From Octopus vulgaris (lineage: Eukaryota): 64,000 bases of DNA. The DNA lies in the NCBI GenBank assembly GCA_951406725.2, contig OX597820.1, forward strand, positions 117,738,001 through 117,802,000. Direction: 5' to 3'. Below the pieces are notes generated by a model. The model had not been told where the DNA came from, did no database searches, and was given only the letters and a program-made list of their open reading frames with translations. The position numbers and the translations under genes were made by a program. Positions 51,530-64,000 of this stretch are shown here, one piece after another. How positions within the stretch are numbered: position 1 is the first letter of the stretch; every line of letters starts with the position of its first letter.

Positions 51530-51600
51530 TTACCGCGCTGCCCTTGTTGCCATGGAAACAAAGTTGCTACTTCCGGTATGTCGACAATGGAGGCTTCCGC
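51530..51600. promoter_or_regulatory. Promoter-like motif cluster: RFX X-box plus ETS site
   Basis: GTTGCCATGGAAAC 51546-51559 and ACTTCCGGT 51569-51577. Confidence 0.5.
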
Positions 51601-51954
51601 TTGGCTAAAAATTACATAATTTTAAATGTTTGTAACCTTTTTTATTATTATTATTATTTAAACAAACATTTCGAGAAAAACAAATATTATTTCCGCCATA
51701 CTAATTGTAGAAAAAAATGAGAATAAATCTGGTGGAAATTTGAAATACTTCACGCGGTTGGAAGGTCCTAAATATTTACTGAATACAGAATATGGTAGTG
51801 TGAGTGAGATTGTGTTGTCGGGGGTGTGTGTGTTAATTGGTGAACGCAAGATGAGTCGTCGGGTCCGCCAACTCTTTATTATAAATGGCAAAGACTAGTT
51901 TGACGGGTGCGACATTAGTATTATTACGTTTTCTAACTACCACCTCTCCCGCCA

Positions 51955-52242
51955 CCCTGCTGCTGCTGCTGCTACTACTACTATTAGTATTAATATCACC
52001 ACTACTACTACTACTACTACTACTAATTATGCTATTACTACCACATCCACCACCACCACCACCGCCACCTAATTGCTCCTGCCATTAACTCCTACGCCGC
52101 CGACGCTACCACCCACCACTACCGCCACCACCATCGCCACCACCACCACTACCACTGCTACTACTACTGGATCTTTTCACTACTACTACTACCACCACCA
52201 CCACCACCACTACTACCACCACCACCACCACCACTACTGCTG

Positions 52243-52275
<33 letters not shown>

Positions 52276-52352
52276 TTAGTACTACTACCATCTTTACTAC
52301 TATTACTACTACCACCTTTACTACTATTACTACTACAACCACCACCACCACC

Positions 52353-52383
<31 letters not shown>

Positions 52384-53118
52384 GTACTACTACCATCTTT
52401 ACTACTATTACTACTACCACCACCACCTCTACTACTACTACAACCACCACCACCACTACCACTTTGACTACTACTACTACTACCCCCACATCACCTCCAC
52501 TAGTACTACCACTACTACCACCACACCACCATTAGCGATACCAACAGCTACTTTTTGCTGCCGTCCAATGAAATAGCCGCTTACTGATCACGTGACTTGG
52601 ATAGAGACCCCCACCCCCACCCTTAAATCGAAAGACGAAGATATACGAAGGGTTCCTTGAATAGTAATAATTGTTGCGAGGGTCACGCTAGGCCTGAAAC
52701 GAAAAATAGACAAAAGGGTAGAAGGAATTGGCGAGATGGTAGGGGTGGGTGGGCATGGCTGGAAAAGCTTTGACCATTGTTTTTTGTTCGATCAACTTAA
52801 ACAGTAACATCCGTTGCAATTCTTTTTATGACAAACTACCACCGCTACCTCCACCACTACCACTTTTAACAACTGCACACTACTACCGCAACCACCACTC
52901 ACTGCTGTCACCGTCACTTCTCTGTACCATTACTACTACTACTACTACTGCTGCTGCTGCCGCTACCAGCTTCTACTATTACTACAAACCACCATTAGTA
53001 CTACATCACCACTGCTAACTTCCATACTACCACAGCTGTTACTACTACTACTGCTACTAACACTACTACTACTACTATTACTACTACTACCACCACCACT
53101 ACTACTATCAGCACCACC

Positions 53119-53153
<35 letters not shown>

Positions 53154-53187
53154 AACCACTAGTACCACCACCACTACTACTACCACC

Positions 53188-53228
<41 letters not shown>

Positions 53229-53283
53229 CACTACTACTACCACCACCACTACTACCACCACCACCACCACCACTACTACTACC

Positions 53284-53317
<34 letters not shown>

Positions 53318-53460
53318 ACGCTACAAGCTCCTAGTATTACCACAAACCACCATTAGTACTGCACCACCACCACAACCACAACTGCTACTAACCTACTACC
53401 ACTGCTGTTATTACTACTATACTAAAACTACTACCACCACCACCACTACTATACTACTAA
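51955..53460. repeat. (TAC)n/(CAC)n compound trinucleotide tracts
   Basis: Two blocks (51955-52550, 52835-53460) separated by about 280 bp of complex sequence. Confidence 0.95.
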
Positions 53461-53920
53461 CTCCCTTACTATAAATAGTATTATCATGTTTCACTCGTAT
53501 TGCCCCCACACACACACACCCACGCACCCCCGCATCTACCTTATTATCTTCTGCTTCTGAAGTTTGCATTGAGTCAATTGCAAACTGTTGTTTTGTCCCT
53601 GCAACATTATTTCTAGGCATTCGGGGTAGCACCGAGAAGAGAAAGCGGGTGGGAAGGGTTCCACGTTTTAATTATAGACTTTGTTACTTAAGGTCATAGA
53701 ACACGTTTACATTATTTACCAACAGGGCTCCTTGAAAACCATGCTTTTATAACTGCTTTGATCTTCATAAACATTGGTGAATTTTGTCAACTATTTCGAT
53801 TATGGTATCCGATTTCGCTGGCATACATTTTTAAGCTCGTTAAAAGCGTTACACTCGAAAACATTGTCACAAACAGCTCTTATCTGTTGTATGATATTTA
53901 TTTTTTATCTTTTACTTCTG

Positions 53921-53960
<40 letters not shown>

Positions 53961-54201
53961 TAGGGAATATTATTCCAAACTTACAGGGAAAAATTCAATT
54001 TAGAAATACTAAATCAAATTTCACAAAATATAATAATATATAAATTAGAAAAAAAAAACACCTTTTATCACCTTTTATTCAACAATGAAAAAATTAAATT
54101 ATACTATATAGAAAAAAATTACATCTTATAGAAAAAATTAAATATAAAATAACAAATACCAATGGTTAATGTGCAAAATAATAAATAAAACGTATGTTTG
54201 G

Positions 54202-54263
<62 letters not shown>

Positions 54264-55164
54264 CAATTGCAGCGTGGAAGGTGTTTATAAGCCATTTAAA
54301 AACACACAAAAACCGATAGATTCACTTCAACATTTAAATTGGCAAATTAAATTTAAATGTTGAAGTGAATCTAAAGGTTTTTGTGTGCTTTTAAATGGCT
54401 TATAGACACCTATGCTGCAATTGTTTCGTTCTAGCACACGATCTCAGATCAGGTCACTTGCTATGCAAGTACATCTTCCTATATATATAGCAAATAAAAA
54501 AAAAACGAAGAACAAACACAAAAACCCCCAACTACGTGAGGATGTGTGGTACATGTAAAGTATTATCAGACACTTAGGGAAGGAAAGAAAGATGGTTTAA
54601 CGTTTCGAGCAAAACTCTTCTTCATAAACAGATAAGTCCAACAGAAAAGATGGACGGAGGGAAAAAAATCGTCAACGATTCACATGTATAGAGTGTTAGG
54701 TGTGATGTACAGAAATTGATATTGGATACTTTTTTGAATTGAATAGTTTCTCGCGGTTTCGATTCCCAGACCAGGCGCTGTGAGTGTTTATTGAGCGAAA
54801 ATACTTAAAGCTCCACGATACTCCAGCAGGGGTGGTGGTGGCGAACCCTGCTGTACTCTTCCTGTTTCTGTTGTACCTGTATTTCAAAGGGCCAGCCTTA
54901 TCACGGTCTGTATCACGCTGAATAACCCCGAGAGCTGCGTTAAGGGTACACGTGTCTATGGAGCGCTCAGCCTCTTGCACGTTAATTTCGCGAGCAAGCT
55001 GCTCCGTTTATCGGATCAACTGGAACCCTCGTCGTCGTAACCGACGGAGAGCCGTAGGTGATATATATATATCAAAACAAGAAAGCACAAAAAAACACAA
55101 CAACGCGAGGACGTGGGACAAATATAGTATTATTGGACGCTCAGCAAAGAAGGAAAGAAGGAGG

Positions 55165-55199
55165 GTTTAACGTTTCGAGCGGAGCTCTTCGTCGGAAAC
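55165..55199 (-). ncRNA. Variant hammerhead-like motif (CCGACGA core); same family at 35408-35442
   Basis: GTTT-CCGACGA-A-GAGC(TCC)GCTC-GAA-ACGT-T-AAAC. Confidence 0.45.
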
Positions 55200-55263
55200 A
55201 TAGGAGAAGGAAAGATCCAGAGAAGGGAAGACAGAGGAAAAAAATCGCCAACGGTTATCCTGG

Positions 55264-55323
<60 letters not shown>

Positions 55324-55355
55324 TTTATTTTAAGCAGCAGAAAATTCAACAAAAT

Positions 55356-55393
55356 CTGTTACTCTGAGTTTCTCGTTGCCGTTCATCAGACAG
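55356..55393 (-). ncRNA. Minimal type I hammerhead-ribozyme motif
   Basis: CTGT-CTGATGA-A-CG(GCAA)CG-A-GAA-ACTC(A)GAGT-A-ACAG; GUA cleavage triplet. Confidence 0.6.
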
Positions 55394-56496
55394 TTTTTGC
55401 TAGAATGGAACTGATATATCAATTCAATCTATACTCTTACAAACGCTACACCTTTAAAAAGAAATGGACTTGTTTGATTGGCCCTTTAGAAAAAACGGTC
55501 AATCTTCGAGCGATAAACAAAAAGGTCAAAAATATATGTATATATATATAAAAAACTTATAAAAATTATAAAAATTATAAAATCCGAGGAAAAAACCTAT
55601 TGACGTTAATGAAGACAGTGCAAATTAATGCATAGAAATTAAACCTGTTATAAATACTGCAATACATATTTATATTAAAATCTACATATATATATCAACA
55701 TACACAAAAGGATGCGCGTAAACGCCATACATACATATGCAGACGTATGAATATAAATCTAAATATACACATAAAAGCATGTGTACATATATTCACGCAA
55801 ACCGTCTCGCACGCAAGCTAAAATTCATCTATGTAGCAATTCTCATATACTGAGCAAGGAGGGGGAACGAAAGAAAGGGAGAGAGAGAAAAGGGAACGAA
55901 GGAGGGGTGGGGAAAAAAACGAAATAAGAAAAAAATTATGTATACAAGCAGTGTAACGGTGTTATTGGCATCTATAGAGACCAGTATACATACACAAGTT
56001 TGAATGGATACATATACATACCGTCGTGTATATGTATGCTTAAGCACAAACATACTTTCACTTACACATACACAGACACGCATGCTTACAAATACATATG
56101 CTTTGCTATACACATACTTATATAAACATTCTAATTTTGACAACATATATATATATATGGAATCAACGGATAAAGTCAAGTAAATCTCAATATAGACAAC
56201 ACCTTGTAGCGCTCATCTTTACCAAGGATCAAGTCAGCAAGGCAAAGAGTGGGCATAAGGGGAACCCAGATGAGCTGATATGGTGACAATGATTCAAATA
56301 AACAGTTAAAAACTTTGGGTTTTAGTGTTCAATAAGTATGTATGTATGTATGTATGTGTGTAAGTATGTATGTATGTATGTGTGTAAGTATGTATGTATG
56401 TATGTATGTATGTATGTATGTATGTATGTGTGTGTGTATGTATGTATGTATGTATGTATGTATGTATGTATGTGTATGTATGTATGTATGTATGTA

Positions 56497-56527
<31 letters not shown>

Positions 56528-57008
56528 ATGTATGTATGTATGTATGTATGTATGTATGTATGCATGCATATATGTATGTAAAAAAATCGAAGGCAGACTT
56601 AAAATTTTCAAATGATTAACAACCAAGTATATATACTAATACTCTCTCATACACACACACACACACACACTCTTAGGTTGGAGTGAGGTCATTCAACCCT
56701 ATTATCTCCCCTATTTTCGCTTTTGCGTCTCATGTTTGATCTTTGACTTCTCGCCGAAATCAGATCGCCATGTTGATTCGCTAGCTTCTGCACGCATAAT
56801 TTTTTTCCTCTCCTTCTTTCTGTGTTTTTTCTCTGTGTATGTTTCTGTTGAAGAGCGTAGGCTCGAAACGTAAAAGACTTGTTTTATTTATATTTCCTGA
56901 GCGCCATACTAATACAATTGTTTGTTTGTATTCCACCTGCCTTCGTCTTTTGTTTGTTTCCGTAAACCTGCCTTCGTCTTTTGTCTATTTTCATAAAGCT
57001 TCCCGTTA

Positions 57009-57084
<76 letters not shown>

Positions 57085-57186
57085 ATAAAACAGGTAAGAT
57101 AACAAAAGAATGAAAGAGACATCAATATTATGTAAATAGAGGAATTTATCTGTTAATGTTATATGTGACAATTATTCGGTAGCCAT

Positions 57187-57247
57187 GATAAAACTCCGAG
57201 TTTCAGATGACGAGGTGGAAATCCACGCCGCCATCTCTTCAGTTATC
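57187..57247 (-). ncRNA. Type I hammerhead-ribozyme motif with long stem II
   Basis: GATAA-CTGAAGA-GATGGCG..GTGGA(TT)TCCAC..CGTCATC-T-GAA-ACTC(G)GAGT-T-TTATC. Confidence 0.6.
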
Positions 57248-57665
57248 CAGCCATCGGAAAAATGCTATGAAAAATGACCGTTATACAAAGGGAAATTACT
57301 ATGTTATTGACCACTATTAAGACAAAAGAGCTATTCGAATGACCGCTAAGTAAGGGAGTAAAGTACGGGGGTAAAATGTTCATAGTATTCGCGTAAGCGC
57401 GCCTGTTCATACCTACACATGTGCGCCCGCACACCCACGTGCGTGCACCTAAAAGTATACATTCATCCACCCTCACTTGAAAACGTACACATCCTCACTC
57501 GCATCCTTCGTCAAATGTATATGTATATACATACAACCTCCCCTCCACACACACACACGCACCGTAAAGGTTCATACACACGTCTACATACGCACAAGCA
57601 ATGACTTCATATATTTGCCACAAGGACAAGCACAGTCGAAGAAGACATTACAGAGACAAGTTACA

Positions 57666-57700
<35 letters not shown>

Positions 57701-59689
57701 AAGTTAACATAGAAATCAGCTGATAGAAAAATAAGAAGAATGAGTAAAAAAGTTAGATACAATATACTATTGTGTGGTAGAACCCCCAACCCCAATGCAG
57801 GGAGGACCGCCACCCAAGGAGTAATCGAGAAAACCCTGAGATTCAGGATTATCCTGCTTATGAAAGGAATAGCCTGATCTGTCCTACATGGGACAACAAG
57901 TATTAGACATAATTCTACAAGTCAGTAAAGCCCAGGCACAGGACGAGTGTGTGCAGAACCGTTTTGTTATTTTGCGTGCGTCTAGGGCAGACCCAGCTGA
58001 TAGTATTTCTATACCTGTAGTGTTTATTACAAACTGGCAATATCTCTCTCGGGGCACAACCAGGCTAGTGACTTCTGGGAATTGTCCATGGGACACGACC
58101 CGAAAGCCCTCCGGAACAGATCAGCTAACCGATCCTCGTCGACGTCCAAAGTCACTCCAAGAACGTCGTCCATCTTACCTGCCATTGACCCTAATATAGT
58201 ACGTCAACATAGAACTTCTACTGAGTGCAATACCCGACCGGAGAGGGCTGAGAATACATGATGACACTTTAGGTGCCAGAAACCTCGCCTCCGTCTATGC
58301 TGCTTGATCCAAGATTGCATTTCAGTGAAAGAGATGACCTGTAGAAAAGTGAGTATGACAAACGGTAACCACACCTGCTCGCAGCCAAAGAAGCGTTATC
58401 GATCTCGCGGCTTCAGTGACTGCTCAGTCCTCTAGTAAGTAGGTGTTGACAAGAAGCGTCTGACCAGTGGAACGCGTCCCTTCCAAAGAAAGCGGAAGAA
58501 CAGGATTCCAGGTACTAACCTGAAGACATGAAGTGGGGCAAGGCGCGATGGTCAGGCGGTAATATATAATAGAGATCTTGTAAATATTCGCTACCTCTAC
58601 CCAACCATACAAGGATAACTTTCTCTCGGTTAATTTGTAGGCGAGGTTGACCACCCTGTTCGTCACCTTGTCCCAGTTCTTCTCCACTTAAGATCTGGAC
58701 CAAACTAGACCCCAGTTTAATCGATCTGTACGTCTAACAACACAAGACGCTTTTGGATGGTGTGGACTTGTCTCTCCAGGTGCCGAACTATAGGTCCACT
58801 GACCTTTCTTGGTTGATTTTTGCTCTTGTTACTGCCTATTAGTACTTTAGACTAGTGCCATCACCTCTGAGCTTGGTGTCCGACACTACGATGGTGACTC
58901 GGTTCTTTTACGTCCTAGCTGGCTCTAAATGCCCCGCAGCATCTCCAGTTTCCGCAGTGGTGACTCAATAATCAATATGTACAGAAGGGACGCGAGTACA
59001 ATCGTGAAGAATCGAGCATTTGATACTGCTTAGTTTTTGTAGCTGACCATTCACCCGAACCATTGAACAACATTGCAACAATTTATCCGTGGAAACCGAC
59101 TGCAGTGCGAGCAGCCGCCAAGTATTAGTGGCCAGGCCTATTGAAAGCTTTTGATTTGTCTAAATTAATCAGGATCTCACCCATACCAAGTTCTTTGCCC
59201 ACCATCTATTTGATGTATCGCATGTGGTGCAGGTTTTCGCGAATAGATCTGTTCAGGATGGGGCATTCTTACTCATCACCAATTAGAATATCGACAGGTG
59301 CCAACCTCTTTGGCTAAAATTTTGAAATCCTGCGATCGGAAATTATCAACTCGATCATTGATTGGGTCTTTTCTCAACCTAAGGCTCCTCGGCTCTCAAA
59401 ACTGGGAATTCCTCTGTTCTGCTCTCAGTTGTGGTAAGTATCTGCCTAGAGGTCTCCAAACAAGTCTGGCGTATAAAAATAAAGCTTTTAGAACAGACCA
59501 TCCAAATCAGGCGATTATCTGTCCGTACAGCCAACTATCACTTCCCGTATTTCTGCTACTGCTATGAGGAACATGCCACATCTCTTGTCGAGATCAGGCC
59601 GTTGAGGCAGGCACTGAAATCCAATTTGCATTCCAGCCTGCCATTCGTCTTAAAAACAATTAACCGAAGCGCTACTGAAAAGCCGTACA

Positions 59690-60128
59690 TAGGCGCAGGA
59701 GTGGCTGTGTGGTAAGTAGCTTGTTTACCAACCACATGGTTCCGGGTTCAGTCCCACTGCGTGGCACCTTGGGCAAGTGTCTTCTACTATAGCCTCGGGC
59801 CGACCAAAGCTTTGTGAGTGGATTTAGTAGACGGAAACTGAAAGAAGCCCGTCGTGTATATGTATGCATATATATATATATGTGTGTGTGTGTGTCTGTG
59901 TGTGTGTGCGTGTATGTTTGTGTTTGTGTTTGTCCCCCTAGCATTGCTTGACAACTGATGCTGGTGTGTTTATGTCCCCGTCACTTAGCGGTTCGGCAAA
60001 AGAGACCGATAGAATAAGTACTGGGCTTACAAAGAATAAGTCTCGGGGTCGATTTGCTCGATTAAAGGCGGTGCTCCAGCATGGCCGCAGTCAAAATGAC
60101 TGAAACAAGTAAAAAGAAAAAAAAAAAA
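59690..60128 (+). mobile_element. tRNA-derived SINE family 1, full length with internal microsatellite
   Basis: Head GGCGCAGGAGTGGCTGTGTGGTAAG...GGTTCAGTCCC, (TA)/(TG) middle, A-rich tail; other copies at 18434-18810(-), 44353-44775(+, TSD AAGTCA), 45015-45395(+), 48930-49730(+) and many fragments. Confidence 0.85.
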
Positions 60129-60322
60129 ATCTGTTTGGGGCCGATTAACATGCGCCCATTATGGTCTGCCAAAAACCGAAAGTGGCTTTGTTGCCACGTT
60201 GCACTTTTCACCACTCGGACCCATCGATCTCATCGTGAGCACGTCGGTTGTGATGCCTTTTCTGAACCCCCTCCTCTAGATTTCTAAGTTTCTCTGGATT
60301 CTATTTCTCTCTATCGCTACAA

Positions 60323-60523
60323 CAGTGCTTTTCAAACTTTTTGCTGGAGCGGAACCCCAAGGAAACATTCCACTGGTTCGAGGAACCCATGTGCAATAAT
60401 TTAATTTTCTTATGCACACATATCTGCACAGGAGAATTAAAAATTACTGCCGATTTTAGCAGTTTTGTAACTTCTTGCGGAACCCCTGGACTGTACTGGC
60501 GGAACCCTGGTTGAAAACCACTG
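60323..60523. mobile_element. hAT (Charlie-like) MITE
   Basis: CAGTG.TTTTCAA termini; 8-bp TSD CGCTACAA/CGCTTCAA; partial copies at about 5730-5929 and 42600-42713. Confidence 0.8.
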
Positions 60524-63044
60524 CGCTTCAACATTACCGAACCTTATCAATTCTACTAGAATCGCGTTTTTTTTTTGTAGTGAAGCACCGTTTATTGTTG
60601 ATGATTGTTTCCGTCAACGCCGCTGAATTAATTTGCTAATCCCTCTCTGTAAGCTTCGTGTACAGGGAGTGACACATTCAACATCCAGTAACCGGGTCCC
60701 TGTCTACGAAGCCTAATTAGTTTGACCGTTTTACTGTGTAGCCAACCACTTTAAATTGTAGATAACCTGTGCTATCCCTATTTACTAGCCTACAGAATAC
60801 TCTATAGACACAATCTAGATGACCCAATATGGTTCGTTTATGTCTACATTGGTGCATTCGGGAAAGCCAGTCGATATCTGTCAGACAATTGGAAACGTCT
60901 GAGCAGGTTTGCAACGCTTTTCTACCCACTCTCCTATCAGCTACTCCACTGCTATCGGGGGCATAAACAGCTATTCGTTTGAAATCATGGCCTACGTATC
61001 TGGTTACGTCCAGCACCTCCAACTTACCTTCCGTGTCTAGGAAGATGGTCCCAAGACCCAACCCTTTCCGAAGCAACACAGCTACTCCGCCATCCACTTG
61101 GAGATGCGTTACGACTCGTAGCAGATGAAGATGGACACGAATGCTCGTACTCCGGAAATTCTGGTGTCATTGATACTCACCACATCTATATCTAGTGACT
61201 TGAGGTTGTTGAGCATGTGACCGTTTCATTACGGGTGTAACTCTAATCAATTAAATGTTTAGTGGATGTGTGTGTACGTAAATAAATACATAAACTGTTT
61301 CATGATTAAAAAGGGATCTATTTACATGGGTTATAAGTACACTACATACAAATGTAAGCAAATGCTACGAATTGCTTGTAAGGAACACATATTAAAGATG
61401 AATATGTTTGTGTGTGTGGGTGTGTGCGTGAATCATTCGGAACAGTAGCCGATAGATACTGTAGGCATTTCTCTGTCGTCTCCAAAACGCGGGGCGAGAT
61501 AGATCTGTCTGCTGGTGTGTCAGCTGCGATTGTGTTTCTTTCTCTGTTTTCCCCTTGTATTTATAATATTTGAGACAGCTAGAAAGATAGACATACTGCA
61601 ACAGAGTTACTACTTAAGTAGGTCAGCGCTTGTCCAGTTGAACTTCGCCTGACATGGCTGAGGTCGCAGGTCAAAGGGAGATGGTCAATCACTTTTTGAC
61701 AGAACAAAGAGATCCTTAAATTTCGCGCCTATACATGCATTGGTTTTTGACGACCGATGATTCTTGGATTCGATTTAGGCTTAGAGAAGGAAGTGCTAAC
61801 TCTTACAACTTCATTACATACAACATCTTCAATCGCTATATGGATGGAAGCACTCCGTCGGTTCGGACGACGAGGGTTCCGGTTGATCCGAATCAACGGA
61901 ACAGCCTGCTCGTGAAATTAACGTGTAAGTGGCTGAGCACTCCACAGACACGTGCACCCTTAACGTAGTTCTCGGGGATATTCAGTGTGACACAGAGAGT
62001 GACAAGGCCGGCCCTTTGAAATACAGGTACAACAGAAACAGGAAGTAAGAGTGAGAGAAAGTTGTGGTGAAAGAGTACAGCAGGGATCGTCACCATCCCC
62101 TGCCGGAGCCTCGTGGAGCTTTTAGGTGTTTTCGCTCAATAAACACTCACAACGCCCGGTCCGGGAATCGAAACCGCGATCCTACGACCGCTGCCCTAAC
62201 CACTGGGCCATTGCGCCTCCACACATTGAAGACATACAAGAAATAGAACCTGGGTTGTCCTGTGTGAAATTTTGATCTAAAATTTTGGCACAAGGCCAGC
62301 AGTTTCGGGGAAGTCGGTTACATCGACCCTGTGCTCAACTGTTACTTATTTTATCGACCGTGGAAGTATGAAAAGCGGAGTCGACCTCTGCGGAATTTGA
62401 ACTCAAAGCATAAAAACCGCTAAGCACTTAGCCCGGCGTGCTAACGATTCTGCCAGCTCACCGTCTCGACCTGTGGGGAGATATTCTTTTCTATTCTAGG
62501 CACAAGGCCTAAAATTTTTGGGGAGGTGTGGTCAGTCGATTAGATCGACCTCAGTACGCAACTGGTACTTAATTTATCGACCCCGAAAGGATGAAAGGGC
62601 AAAGCCGACCTCGGCGGAATTTGACCTGTGGGAGATATTAAATAACAAATGAATCACCTGTCACATCTTTTACCATTTACATGTTCCAGGGTCTGGACTT
62701 CGGCCATGCTGGAGCATTGCCTTCAAGGGTTTAGTCGAAAGAATTGATCTCAGTGCATATTTTCTTAAGTCTGGTACTTATTCTATCGGTCTCTTTTGTC
62801 GAACACTTGAGTTACAAGGACGTAAACAAACCAACAGTTGTTGTTAAGCGGTGGACAAACACAAAAACACACATACAACAGGCTTCCACACAGTTTCCAT
62901 CTAAAAAATTCACGCACAAGGTACTGATCAACGCAGGGCTATAGCAGAAGATACATGGCCAAGGTGCTGTGCAGTGGGACAGAACCTGAAATCCTTTGGT
63001 TAGAAAGTGAGCTTAACAGCCAAGCCTGCTTCAAAAGATAACTT

Positions 63045-63460
63045 GGATCTTTTCGGTTTGAACGTCACTTTTTTCTAGCGGTGTCATATGAAATTGTCAC
63101 CCATAATTATGACCCTAGTATCGATCTATTGCATTTCAATCTATTTTAGGATTAGGGGTGGGGGGAAGGGTATCTTTTTTTCTTCACAAATATAAATAAA
63201 CCCAATCTGTTTCTTAAACGAGGGACATATTCATACGGCACAGAATGTTTTTTTTTTTACCTCGATAGACGTCAGTGGTTGGTTGAAATTGCAGAAATTG
63301 AAGAAAAAAAACAACAGATATTTTACAAACTATAGAATTTTCTCAATAAAGCCAAGAGAAAAAGATGTTTTATAAACACATTCTGCCAGTATACGAAGTT
63401 TAAAAGTGTTTAGTTACCTAGAAATTATGTTAAAAACTGCCGTTCAAACCGAAAAAGATC
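63045..63460. mobile_element. Merlin-like MITE, copy C
   Basis: Near-identical to 37725-38143; 8-bp TSD GATAACTT; partial copies at about 24605-24960 and 40480-40690. Confidence 0.85.
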
Positions 63461-64000
63461 CGATAACTTTTAAAAAACAAATACAACTCCGAAATAACTT
63501 TGAGGTTTTACCTCGTTTACACGAAAAATGGATGAACCAATAACGAAGTTTATGTATTTATAGTTCTTCCATACAGCATCCTCTGATGCACCTGGACAAT
63601 ATACATACGTGTGGATGCATATATAAAGCTTTCACTACCATACCTGTTTCTTTTACCTGTTATCTTTTACACACACAAACGTGTGTGTATGGGGGGGGCA
63701 TGCAATTATTTAGTCTTTCTTATTTCTCCCCTAATTCCTTTCTACTTTATTCCCAACAATTATTAGTTTTTCCTCTTCTCCTTCCATCAATCTCTGACAC
63801 TAACGTCTACCACCCCATCTTCACCCCACCATCAATTATTATTATTATTATTGTTGTTGTTGTTACATTGTCTTACAATCCAACTCTATATAGATTTCCT
63901 GCCTACTTTCCCCTTCAACTTAGAAATATGAATAAATAAATAAACGTGTGAAACCCCCCTCATTCAGAAAGTGTGTGTGTGTGTGTGTGTTAAGTGGAGA

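Larger units (their letters stand above)
57780..61230 (-). mobile_element. Decayed L1/Tx1-clade LINE ORF2, interrupted by a SINE and a hAT MITE
   Basis: APE-like GGVAVLLRK...IAVYAP at 60717-61097; RT-like LINLDKSKAFNR near 59140-59170; post-RT WDKV...RKLSLYG..VANIY near 58500-58687. Confidence 0.75.

Noticed and set aside
52073-53343. Poly-V, poly-S/G and poly-T/H/Y ORFs
   Set aside because: Products of (TAC)n/(CAC)n tracts; no splice signals or consistent frame

Overview
AT-rich animal genomic DNA, dense in SINEs and microsatellites. The repeat families suggest an octopus (coleoid cephalopod); this is an inference. The left half holds the ribonucleotide reductase large-subunit gene RRM1 on the minus strand. 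It has 17 coding exons from the ATG at 31516 down to 224, the last exon lies outside the window, one intron has a GC donor, and the promoter carries E2F/CCAAT/CHR-type sites. The right half has an intact tRNA-Glu(CTC) gene, two orphan promoter-like CpG patches (NRF1-type and RFX X-box/ETS-type), a decayed L1/Tx1 LINE and long microsatellites. Transposon debris is spread throughout: piggyBac nested in Tc1/mariner, a mariner fold-back, Merlin-like and hAT MITEs, a Helitron, RTE tails and three SINE families. The most notable unannotated signals are several minimal type-I hammerhead-ribozyme motifs on Penelope-like termini, five of them clustered at 54.6-57.3 kb among (TA)n tracts. Also notable are SINE multimers repeatedly joined at one self-complementary junction, and many long inverted repeats inside RRM1 introns.
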